Source: Candidatus Heimdallarchaeota archaeon (lineage in GTDB: Archaea > Asgardarchaeota > Heimdallarchaeia > Heimdallarchaeales > Heimdallarchaeaceae). From it: a DNA stretch of 31,109 nucleotides. Made by a program: the position numbers and the translations under genes. Below the pieces are notes generated by a model that searched no databases, had not been told where the DNA came from, and was given only the letters and a program-made list of their open reading frames with translations. The first letter of the stretch is position 1. Every line of letters begins with the position of its first letter. Of the stretch, positions 1 to 7,775 are shown piece after piece. The stretch covers positions 1 to 31,109 of the forward strand of contig DAOVET010000027.1 of the NCBI GenBank assembly GCA_030668825.1. Direction: 5' to 3'.

Positions 1-8
1 AGAAGTAG

Positions 9-680
9 CTAAATCTTTTTAGCTATTTCTTTCAGTGTTAACAGCATCTCTTTTAACAATTCTTCTTCATTTAGCATTGGAGCTGTTTCAGAGTCAGCAG
101 TTACAGCTGCTTGTCCTCTCATTTTTGATAGTATGTTACGAATCTTTTCTGTATACTCGTTTGTATCATTAATACCTACTAATTTCTGTTCAGGTCGTGA
201 TTTCTGACTTGAACCACCACTCATACCAGCTGTTTCAATTCCAATAGTTCCAAAAGAAGGTCCTCCAATCAAACGATCAAAAGGTCCTCTTCTTTGATTG
301 AAATTTGTTATATTTCGATAAGGAACAACTTTACGACTTTTTGTTATGATTCCTTTTTCAACAATAATTTCATGAGTAGTTAGAGAATATTTTATCTGTC
401 GTATATATACGAACGTAAATGCTACTGCTAATACAGCTAGTGGTATTGAGAAACCTAAGAACCAGGGATAGATCAACGTATATAGACTACTCAAGGATAT
501 TGAGATATCTCCACTTAAGCTAGCTATAAAGATAAACAGAGCAGCTATTCCTGTAATTAAAATATAGGCCAACATTAACTCCACAACCCATATTGTAAAC
601 AATTTTGAATTATCTGGTGTGAACTGTTCAATTATTTTGTGCTTGCCTATTTTTGTCAGATTAAGACTTTCATCATTCAT
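9..680 (-). CDS. Membrane protein with bacterial PH domain (bPH_2/YdbS-like)
   Basis: 223 aa. Two N-terminal hydrophobic helices, then YSLTTHEIIVEKGIITKSRKVVPYRNI...RGPFDRLIG...TIGIETAG, typical of bPH_2 domains. Confidence 0.85.
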   Translation of the reverse strand: MNDESLNLTKIGKHKIIEQFTPDNSKLFTIWVVELMLAYILITGIAALFIFIASLSGDISISLSSLYTLIYPWFLGFSIPLAVLAVAFTFVYIRQIKYSLTTHEIIVEKGIITKSRKVVPYRNITNFNQRRGPFDRLIGGPSFGTIGIETAGMSGGSSQKSRPEQKLVGINDTNEYTEKIRNILSKMRGQAAVTADSETAPMLNEEELLKEMLLTLKEIAKKI

Positions 681-842
681 TTTGACACCGAGCTAACTTG
701 TACTTGAATAATTATAAACAATTTTGAAAAGAAAACTTGTCAAAACACTTCATAAGGCTTGAAACAGAAGTAATACAGTGAAGAAAATGTTAACGCAAAT
801 CTTAATACTTGCTGAATATTCATCTTATAAAGGAGAATCTAA

Positions 843-1817
843 ATGATAATTCCAGAACTTGCTTTTGAATCAGAATGGATATTGAAAGCAATCACAAACG
901 AGATTAGAAGAAAGATATTATACCTTATAGAGGATTATTCTTTTCTAACCTACTCAGATTTATTACGAGAATTAAAATTATCAACTGGTAAACTTAATTT
1001 TCATCTTAGACAATTAACTGGTTTAATCGAGAAGAAAGATGAAAAAACATATAGATTAACATCAATCGGAAAGAAATCAATAGATCTACTCAAACAGATT
1101 CATTCATTGAAAGATGATAAACAAGAAGTAATTGAGCTGAAGTCATTATTTGAAAACTTGTCGATAAAGAAAATTCATCCCGCAGAGGAAACAAAGAAGA
1201 AGTGGTTCATCTCCATAATAGGATTTTTTGTTACAATAATGATCATATGGTCATTGCTGTTCGGTTTTTCAGATACACTTAATTCAATACTATTCTCTCA
1301 ATTGAAAGCAGTAAATAGAATTTTGATTTTCATTGGTCTTGGTTTGATAATCTTCGGAACCATAGCTGTACTTTCAATCATTTTTGTGCATTATTATATT
1401 AAAATGCTAGAATATGAAATTCTTGATACTGAGTTTGTTATCAGAAGGGGTGTGATTACCAGAACAAAAACAATTATTCCTTTCAGGACAATTACCAATC
1501 TTCTAATTAAACGAGGTCCGTTGGATAGATTGTTTGGAATATCAACTATATTAATCCAAACAGCAGGGGAAAGTAAATCTAATAATCCAGAGGGCAAGAT
1601 TGTTGGTATATATTATCCACACAAATTACTGGAAGAGATACTAAATCTTGTTCGATTACTTGACCCGCCTAGATATCTTAAAGAACATTCACTTATTTCA
1701 AATTCACCTTTACCAATACGCAATCTCTATTCTGAAATTCTTACAGAATTAAAGATTATTAAAGAACGAGTGTCAGATAATAAAGAAGTCATTCAAAAAA
1801 TCTTAAAGAAAGAGTAA
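843..1817 (+). CDS. ArsR-like winged-helix domain fused to two TM helices and a bPH_2 domain
   Basis: N-terminal wHTH (AITNEIRRKILYLI...LTYSDLLRELKLSTGKLNFHLRQL...YRLTSIG), two TM helices, C-terminal RRGVITRTKTIIPFRTITN...RGPLDRLFG...IQTAG. AAGGAG lies upstream of the ATG. Confidence 0.85.
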   Translation: MIIPELAFESEWILKAITNEIRRKILYLIEDYSFLTYSDLLRELKLSTGKLNFHLRQLTGLIEKKDEKTYRLTSIGKKSIDLLKQIHSLKDDKQEVIELKSLFENLSIKKIHPAEETKKKWFISIIGFFVTIMIIWSLLFGFSDTLNSILFSQLKAVNRILIFIGLGLIIFGTIAVLSIIFVHYYIKMLEYEILDTEFVIRRGVITRTKTIIPFRTITNLLIKRGPLDRLFGISTILIQTAGESKSNNPEGKIVGIYYPHKLLEEILNLVRLLDPPRYLKEHSLISNSPLPIRNLYSEILTELKIIKERVSDNKEVIQKILKKE

Positions 1818-1826
1818 TCTTACTCT
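1796..1826. repeat. 31-bp direct repeat, copy 1 (with hairpin and T-tract; terminator-like)
   Basis: AAAAATCTTAAAGAAAGAGTAATCTTACTCT, 29/31 identical to 3037-3067. Contains the AGAGTA/TACTCT inverted repeat and is followed by a T-rich tract. Confidence 0.8.
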
Positions 1827-1930
1827 CTTTTTCTTTTTATTTATTTTTTTAAAGAAATGATTTTTTATTCTAAGAATTTCTTCTACAAAAAACTGTTATT
1901 TTTATTAACACTATTTAAAAGAAATAAGAA

Positions 1931-2017
1931 ATGGAAAACCACTCAGATGGGAATGAATTTTCTGATTTAATGAAAGAACTCAAAGAAGAAGTAAAGGATA
2001 GTAAAAAATTCTGGTAG
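1931..2017 (+). CDS. Putative 28-aa microprotein
   Basis: Manual translation MENHSDGNEFSDLMKELKEEVKDSKKFW*. TATA-like TATTTAAAA at ~1912-1920 and a downstream T-tract. Below the ORF-track cutoff. Confidence 0.3.
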   Translation: MENHSDGNEFSDLMKELKEEVKDSKKFW

Positions 2018-2176
2018 AAATGTTTCATTTTTATTTTTCCTTTCGTTCAGAACCTTTACAATCATTAATTCAATAGATAACTAATGTTTGAGAGATTTGT
2101 AGGAGGTGAGAATAAATATTTTTATAGGAGCTCCTTTCCTTTCCTTTGTATTAGGTATTGATAACTGTGAGTACAA

Positions 2177-2914
2177 ATGAATAAGATCGAACATGCCAAA
2201 GATATAATACGAGACGCAGTAAGAAAAAACCCAAAAATAGCAGTAGCATGTTCATTTGGCAAAGATAGTATGGCCACAGTTGATATCGCTCGAGAAGTTG
2301 CCCCAAATATTCCTATTTTTTCTGTTATGACTTTCTATAAACCTAAAACCACTTTTAAGTATCTATTACAAATGAATGAGAAAATGGACTTGGATGTGCA
2401 TGTTTATATGGTTGCTGATGAGATTCCTGAAATTTTGAGCAAAAATAAGATTAAAACCACATTGTTATCAACAAAAAGGTTTAACGCAGCCAAAGCTAGA
2501 TATTCAAAAAGTATCTATGAAGTGAATCCCGATTTGTGTTGTAAATTACTTAAGGTAGACCCCACAAAAGAAGCGGTTAAAGATTTGGATGCATGGATAT
2601 CTGGTCTAAGGAATACAGAAGGAGTAATACGTAAAGATTATCATGAAATTGAACACAAAGGAGGATTGGTGAAAATAAACCCCATTCTCAGCTTTACTGA
2701 AAAAGATGTCTTAGATTACTTAAAAAACAATGATATCTTACTTCATCCATGGTATCTACAAGAATTTCCAGATGGTCGAAAATATAGATCATTAGGATGC
2801 GAACCCTGTACAAAACCAATTTCAACTGATGTACCAGAACGAATGGGAAGATGGCAATCAACCAACAAATGTGCTGGAGAATGTGGTATTCATACCCAGA
2901 TTCTGAAGAACTAA
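2177..2914 (+). CDS. cysH: Phosphoadenosine phosphosulfate reductase family protein, [4Fe-4S] APS-reductase type
   Basis: SFGKDS PP-loop, PDLCCKLLKV, WISGLR, KINPI, YRSLGCEPCT and C-terminal ECGIH. Confidence 0.88.
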   Translation: MNKIEHAKDIIRDAVRKNPKIAVACSFGKDSMATVDIAREVAPNIPIFSVMTFYKPKTTFKYLLQMNEKMDLDVHVYMVADEIPEILSKNKIKTTLLSTKRFNAAKARYSKSIYEVNPDLCCKLLKVDPTKEAVKDLDAWISGLRNTEGVIRKDYHEIEHKGGLVKINPILSFTEKDVLDYLKNNDILLHPWYLQEFPDGRKYRSLGCEPCTKPISTDVPERMGRWQSTNKCAGECGIHTQILKN

Positions 2915-3036
2915 ACTATTCTGGAAATAATTAATGTTAAACAGCTTGTTTTCTAAACTTTTCAAATTCTCGAATTGGATTTACGTGAATCTAAACGTAA
3001 AAATATCATATTTGCATCTTAAGTAATTTTTATGAG

Positions 3037-3067
3037 AAAAATCTTAAAGAGAGAGTAATCTAACTCT
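3037..3067. repeat. 31-bp direct repeat, copy 2
   Basis: AAAAATCTTAAAGAGAGAGTAATCTAACTCT, followed by a T-tract; two mismatches to copy 1. Confidence 0.8.
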
Positions 3068-3088
3068 TCTCTTATTTTTTTTTTCTTC

Positions 3089-3409
3089 TTATTCTCTTAA
3101 TTTCTTTTCAAAATGGATTTTTTTATTCTTCTTTTGTTCAATTGATTGTGTCTTTTGATGCTTTCTTTCAGGACTCTCTCTATTCATTCCCCAATTCAGC
3201 AATTTTGTTCTTTCTTGTTTGTGAACACTTAAGCAATTTGGACAGTGTTGATTTTTCAAGAACCATTTATACAACTCTTTCTTGTGAGCAACAATATTGC
3301 AGCATCCTAAGCGAATCTTTTCAGTTTTGTCAATTTGTTTTAGCTCTTGATTACAAAAATAACAATTGCCTTCAATCTTTTTCTTTTTCTTCTTATCCTT
3401 AGTTTTCAA
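3089..3409 (-). CDS. Small RING-finger-like zinc-binding protein
   Basis: C16xxC19...C36C37xxxxH42xxE45xxxW49...C56PxC59, with the RING-type W and CPxC spacing. TTG start with an upstream GTGTGA; Lys-rich termini. Confidence 0.7.
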   Translation of the reverse strand: MKTKDKKKKKKIEGNCYFCNQELKQIDKTEKIRLGCCNIVAHKKELYKWFLKNQHCPNCLSVHKQERTKLLNWGMNRESPERKHQKTQSIEQKKNKKIHFEKKLRE

Positions 3410-3657
3410 AAATCACACTAATCCTTCTAAAAATAGATCAGTTTTTGAATTGATAAACATATGGAATTTTGTTGACAAAAAGTATCGTGTTTTTTTACTT
3501 AGGAATTAAGGACATTACAATTAATACAGACTGCATTTAAATGGAAAATAAATGGTGTAGAATTTAATTTAATTCTTAATAACAAAAAGAATGATTTAAT
3601 GGGAATAAGTTTTGAGTCTCATTCGTTTTACGCAAAGGAAGTGAAAGTATTCTTATT

Positions 3658-4104
3658 CTATTTGTTTTCTTTTTTCTTATTCCTTGATTTTGAATAGTAA
3701 GACTCTAACCTTTCCAAAATGTCTTTATTCTCCTCTTTCTGAGCAAATTCTACAAATGTTTTTATCGCTTGTTCTGTTTCCTTAGAAATTATATGCTCAA
3801 CTAAACAAGCATCATCTGATGCAATTGAACTTTCAATATTTATAATTTTAAAAAGTTCTTCAATAGATTTGTGTGTTTCTATGAGTTGTTTGCCTAGTTT
3901 AAATCCCCTTTTAGTTAAAGTAACTCCCCCATACTTTTCATACTTGACTAGCTTTTCATTATCCAATTTTTGAGCCATCTCAGTAACAGTAGCAAGACTG
4001 CTTAGTCCCATTTTATTCTTTATGTCACTAACTTTCGCTATTTTTTTTTCTAAACAAATAACGTAAATCGTTTCGATGTATTCTTCTATTCTAACAGTCT
4101 TCAT
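3658..4104 (-). CDS. DtxR/MntR-family metal-dependent transcriptional regulator
   Basis: EEYIETIY, TVTEMAQKL, YEKYGGVTLT, THKSIEE and DACLVEH metal-site motifs; no C-terminal SH3/FeoA domain. Divergent from the feo operon. Confidence 0.92.
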   Translation of the reverse strand: MKTVRIEEYIETIYVICLEKKIAKVSDIKNKMGLSSLATVTEMAQKLDNEKLVKYEKYGGVTLTKRGFKLGKQLIETHKSIEELFKIINIESSIASDDACLVEHIISKETEQAIKTFVEFAQKEENKDILERLESYYSKSRNKKKENK

Positions 4105-4234
4105 ATGAGTTCGCCAGAGTTAAACAGATAAATATTAAATTACTTGCTTATTAGTTAGCTTGTTCTTTTTGTGATTCGTGTCAATAAATCTCGGTACATT
4201 TTATATTTTTTTGGTTTATAACCCAAAATGGAAC

Positions 4235-4246
4235 AAAAGTTATATA
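4235..4246 (+). promoter_or_regulatory. Archaeal BRE/TATA promoter of the feo operon
   Basis: AAAAG followed by TTATATA (4240-4246). The expected start site (~4265-4270) falls inside the operator array. Confidence 0.6.
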
Positions 4247-4255
4247 CTAGACGTA

Positions 4256-4313
4256 TTTCAGTCTACCGAAAATACATTTCGGTCTACCGAAAATAAATTT
4301 CGGTCTACCGAAA
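4256..4313. promoter_or_regulatory. Three tandem palindromic operators TTTCGGT-CT-ACCGAAA with 21-bp period (putative DtxR-family boxes)
   Basis: Copies at 4256-4271 (one mismatch), 4277-4292 and 4298-4313. Perfect 7-2-7 dyad between the regulator and feoA. Confidence 0.88.
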
Positions 4314-4337
4314 CTTGATAGTAATTGAAGTGGTATA

Positions 4338-4574
4338 ATGACTGATAAAGAAATTACATTGGATCAACTAGAAGTTGGAGATGTTGCTAAGGTAGTAAAA
4401 ATAAGCACATCAGGAGATTTAAGACGCAGACTCATGGAAATGGGCTTAACAAAAGATACTGTGATTAGAGTAATTGGAAAGGCTCCCCTTGGTGACCCAA
4501 TAGAGTACAAATTTAGGAATTACAATTTGTCTCTTCGGAAGGAAGAAGCAAGCAAGGTTATTGTTGAATGTTAA
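4338..4574 (+). CDS. feoA: Ferrous iron transport protein A
   Basis: LRRRLMEMGL and KAPLGDPI...LSLRKEEA FeoA motifs. Confidence 0.95.
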   Translation: MTDKEITLDQLEVGDVAKVVKISTSGDLRRRLMEMGLTKDTVIRVIGKAPLGDPIEYKFRNYNLSLRKEEASKVIVEC

Positions 4575-4594
4575 CTAAAGAGGTCATTAAAACT

Positions 4595-4834
4595 ATGAAC
4601 AATGAAATTTTTATTCCCCTCGGATTTGTATCTGAAGATAAGAAAGTAAGAATTGTTTCTATTAAAGGAGGTTCTCATTTACGTAACCGCATTAATGAAA
4701 TGGGTCTTCGTGAGGGAGTAGATATAACAGTCATCAAAAATTCTATTGGTCCTGTTATTATTGCTATTGGACAGACTCGTTTTGCTCTAGGAAGAGGGAT
4801 TTCATTGAAAATACTTACAGAATCTATAAACTAA
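4595..4834 (+). CDS. feoA: Second FeoA-family protein
   Basis: RINEMGLREG...GPVII...RFALGRG. ATG at 4595 with a GAGGT SD is preferred over the ORF-track start at 4568. Confidence 0.9.
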   Translation: MNNEIFIPLGFVSEDKKVRIVSIKGGSHLRNRINEMGLREGVDITVIKNSIGPVIIAIGQTRFALGRGISLKILTESIN

Positions 4835-4845
4835 AAGGTGAATAA

Positions 4846-6888
4846 ATGGCTTATAAAACTAAAAATGTAAAAGAAATTCCTAATGGTGGTAAAATTTCTA
4901 CTAATATTGCACTAGCGGGTAATCCTAATACTGGAAAAAGCACTCTTTTTAATGCTTTAACAGGTTTAAAGCAGAAAATTGGAAATTGGTCAGGAGTTAC
5001 AGTTGAGAAAAAGGAGGGTAAAAGAAGTTTTAACAATTTTGAACTCTCTATTACTGATTTACCAGGTACTTATTCTTTGTCTGCTTCTTCCTTAGATGAA
5101 CAAATTGCAAGAGATTTCATTATCTATGATACTCCAGAAATTGTTGTACAAATAGTAGATGCTTCGAATTTAGAACGTAATCTCTATTTAACTATGATGC
5201 TAAGAGAGTTAGGTGCCAGAGTAGTCATAGCTTTAAACATGATGGACTTATTAGAGAAAGATGGTTCATCAATCAATGTTCAAAAACTCTCAACAGAAAT
5301 AGGTATTCCTATTGTTCCCATGATTGCTAATAAAAAAATCGGTATTGATGATCTTGAAAATGCAATTGAATCTGTTTATCTAGAGGATCAAAAACCTATG
5401 GAAATTAAATATTCGAAGGAAATTGAAGAGGTACTTTCAACAATTCAAAAAATGCTATTGTCAATACCCTCAATTCCCTCTAGTTTCAATTTGAGATGGT
5501 TAGCTATACAAATTCTCCAAAACAAATCAGATATTACTACACTTCTAGAGAGTTGGAACGTTAAAAGCAAGGTTATTGGAGAGTTAACTTCTTTTGGTAA
5601 AGAAGATTATGAAGCTGAAATAATTGATTCAAAATACGAGTATATTTCCAAAGTTACCTCAAAAGTTTGGAAGAAAGGTGAAACTAAGGTAACCCGTTCT
5701 GATTTAATAGATAAAGTTGTTACACACAAATGGCTTGGAATTCCAATCTTTCTTTTGGTTATGTGGGGTTCGTTTCAATTTGTTTTTGCTGTTTCAGTTC
5801 CATTTATGGAGTTGATAGATATGCTTTTTGGTTGGTTGTCGGGACTTCTAGTTGATAATATCCGAATTGAGTGGTTAGGTTCTTTACTAGGAGATGGAAT
5901 TGTTGGGGGTTTAGGTGCAGTTTTGATTTTTGTACCTCCAATCTTTACAATGTTCTTCATATTATCAATTCTTGAAGACTCAGGCTATTTAGCGCGTGCA
6001 GCATTTGTTATGGATAAATTAATGGTAAAATTGGGTTTACACGGTCATTCATTCATTCCAATGCTATTAGGTTTTGGATGCAATGTACCAGCTATCATGA
6101 GTACTAGATCTTTAAAGAATAATAAAGACAGGATGATTACAATATTGATAAATCCATTCATGTCTTGTGGCGCAAGAATGCCTGTATTTATCTTGTTTGC
6201 AGGATTATTTTTCGGAGCATCAGCAGGAACAGTGATTTTTGCCCTATATGTTCTGGGAATTGTAGTTGCAGTTCTCACTGCAATTCTTTTAAGAAAGACA
6301 TTCTTTAAAGGTGAATCTGCTCCATTCATTATGGAACTACCTCCATATCACTCACCAAAACTAAGATCTGCTACAATTGCAATGTGGGACAAAGGAAAGA
6401 TGTACCTAAAGAAAGCAGGAACAATAATTCTTATAGGTGTTGTTTTTGTGTGGTTTTTAGCAGCAATGCCTTTTGGTGGTGTAGAGTATGGTGGTCCTGA
6501 TACATGGCTAGCAGCTGTTGGTACATTCTTTGAACCTATCTTTAGACCACTTGGATTCGACTGGAGGATTGTTGTTGCTCTAATTGTTGGTTTTGTAGCA
6601 AAAGAACTAGTTGTAGGTTCATTAGGTACTATTGTTGGTGGTGGTGAAAGTGACGAAGGTATTAAATCTGCTATTTTAGCTGATGAAGGTTTCTATGCTT
6701 TAAATTCTTTGAGTTTAATGGTTTTCACTTTACTATATTTCCCCTGTGCAGCAGTTGTAGGTGTAATAAAAAAAGAAACAGGTAGTTGGCGATGGACAAT
6801 CTTCGCAATAGTATATAGCACTGTTATTGCTTGGTTGTTCGCTTTCGCAGTTTTTCAAATAGGATCTCTAATGGGATCTGGATTATAG
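4846..6888 (+). CDS. feoB: Ferrous iron transport protein B
   Basis: GNPNTGKS, GNWSGVTVEKKEG, DLPGTYSL, LEDSGYLARAAF, GFGCNVPA, PFMSCGARMPV and LYFPC; AGGTGA SD. Confidence 0.97.
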   Translation: MAYKTKNVKEIPNGGKISTNIALAGNPNTGKSTLFNALTGLKQKIGNWSGVTVEKKEGKRSFNNFELSITDLPGTYSLSASSLDEQIARDFIIYDTPEIVVQIVDASNLERNLYLTMMLRELGARVVIALNMMDLLEKDGSSINVQKLSTEIGIPIVPMIANKKIGIDDLENAIESVYLEDQKPMEIKYSKEIEEVLSTIQKMLLSIPSIPSSFNLRWLAIQILQNKSDITTLLESWNVKSKVIGELTSFGKEDYEAEIIDSKYEYISKVTSKVWKKGETKVTRSDLIDKVVTHKWLGIPIFLLVMWGSFQFVFAVSVPFMELIDMLFGWLSGLLVDNIRIEWLGSLLGDGIVGGLGAVLIFVPPIFTMFFILSILEDSGYLARAAFVMDKLMVKLGLHGHSFIPMLLGFGCNVPAIMSTRSLKNNKDRMITILINPFMSCGARMPVFILFAGLFFGASAGTVIFALYVLGIVVAVLTAILLRKTFFKGESAPFIMELPPYHSPKLRSATIAMWDKGKMYLKKAGTIILIGVVFVWFLAAMPFGGVEYGGPDTWLAAVGTFFEPIFRPLGFDWRIVVALIVGFVAKELVVGSLGTIVGGGESDEGIKSAILADEGFYALNSLSLMVFTLLYFPCAAVVGVIKKETGSWRWTIFAIVYSTVIAWLFAFAVFQIGSLMGSGL

Positions 6889-6897
6889 GTGATAAAA

Positions 6898-7389
6898 ATG
6901 GAAAAGTCAAAGAACACTTCAAACAATATGAAAACTTCCTTACTTGCAGGTAGTCTTATTTTCTTAGTTGCAGCTATAGCTGAAATCATACTAGGAGCAT
7001 TTAAGATGTATGCTGATTCAAAAGAACTAGAAGAACATTGGGTTAATATAATACCCTTTCCCCCAGGAATTTTTCCTGGATTAGTTGTTCTTCTTATTGG
7101 TTTGATATGGATTGTTGGTTATTTTGTGACTAGAAAAGGTCAAAATGCTAATGGGCACCTTTCTGTTGGTACTATAATTGCATTAGGATTCATTTTCTTG
7201 TTCATTTTGATTCTATTAATTGATATTTTCAACGCATACGCTTTGGGATTAGAGGATTATGACGGTTGGACCATTTTAGCTAGTTTGCGATGGATTATCT
7301 TTCTATCCCCGATTCCTATGTTCTTTACAATGAAATATAGAGAATTCATATTTACTAGAAAGAAAAAGACAATAATGCTACAAAGTTAG
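6898..7389 (+). CDS. Hypothetical membrane protein (~4 TM) in the feo operon
   Basis: Four hydrophobic segments. A GGTGA SD overlapping the feoB stop favours ATG 6898 over the GTG at 6889. Confidence 0.75.
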   Translation: MEKSKNTSNNMKTSLLAGSLIFLVAAIAEIILGAFKMYADSKELEEHWVNIIPFPPGIFPGLVVLLIGLIWIVGYFVTRKGQNANGHLSVGTIIALGFIFLFILILLIDIFNAYALGLEDYDGWTILASLRWIIFLSPIPMFFTMKYREFIFTRKKKTIMLQS

Positions 7390-7420
7390 ATATAACGAAA
7401 AAAAGAATGGTGAGTTATCA

Positions 7421-7738
7421 TTGTTATTGGAATTATTAAATGCAGTTAATGAAGGGATTACAACAGTTCAACAATTTGCAGCAAAGCTAAACATGGATAT
7501 TGATTTGTTACATTCTAAAATCGATCATTGTATAACTGTTGGATACCTTACAAAACAACATGTTGATAAGCAAAAATCATTTCAAGATAATCGATCATCA
7601 AGTAAAGGCTTATCATCAATTTCTTGCAACTTGTGCCCATTCTTTAACAATTGCTCTTCTATTGAGAATGATAATCAAATCTTTATCCTATCTTCAAAGG
7701 GAAAAAGAGCTATAGAGCATTTAGCTTCGATGCAGTAA
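7421..7738 (+). CDS. FeoC-like winged-helix protein with a Cys cluster
   Basis: N-terminal wHTH pattern, SCNLCPFFNNC (CxxCx5C) in the wing, LSSKG; last gene of the feo operon; GGTGA SD before the TTG. Confidence 0.7.
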   Translation: MLLELLNAVNEGITTVQQFAAKLNMDIDLLHSKIDHCITVGYLTKQHVDKQKSFQDNRSSSKGLSSISCNLCPFFNNCSSIENDNQIFILSSKGKRAIEHLASMQ

Positions 7739-7775
7739 AGGTATCACAACCTTTCTCTCCTTAGCTTTGCTATTT

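Noticed and set aside
1394-1597. Antisense 67-aa ORF
   Set aside because: Shadow of the HTH-bPH_2 gene.
2084-2161. 25-codon ORF and perfect AGGAGGTGA upstream of cysH
   Set aside because: The SD-like sequence has no suitably spaced start, and the ORF spans the probable cysH promoter with no recognisable features.
2980-3001. TTTACGT/ACGTAAA inverted repeat downstream of cysH
   Set aside because: Short AT-rich stem with no second copy seen; plausible by chance.
3142-3402. 86-aa + strand ORF
   Set aside because: Antisense to the RING-like gene, which has the coherent motif.
4256-4313. Tandem palindromic repeat as a mini-CRISPR array
   Set aside because: Repeats are 16 bp with 5-bp near-identical linkers, there are no unique spacers or cas genes, and the position fits operators.
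4851-6329. Three short minus-strand ORFs within feoB
   Set aside because: Antisense shadows of a well-conserved gene.
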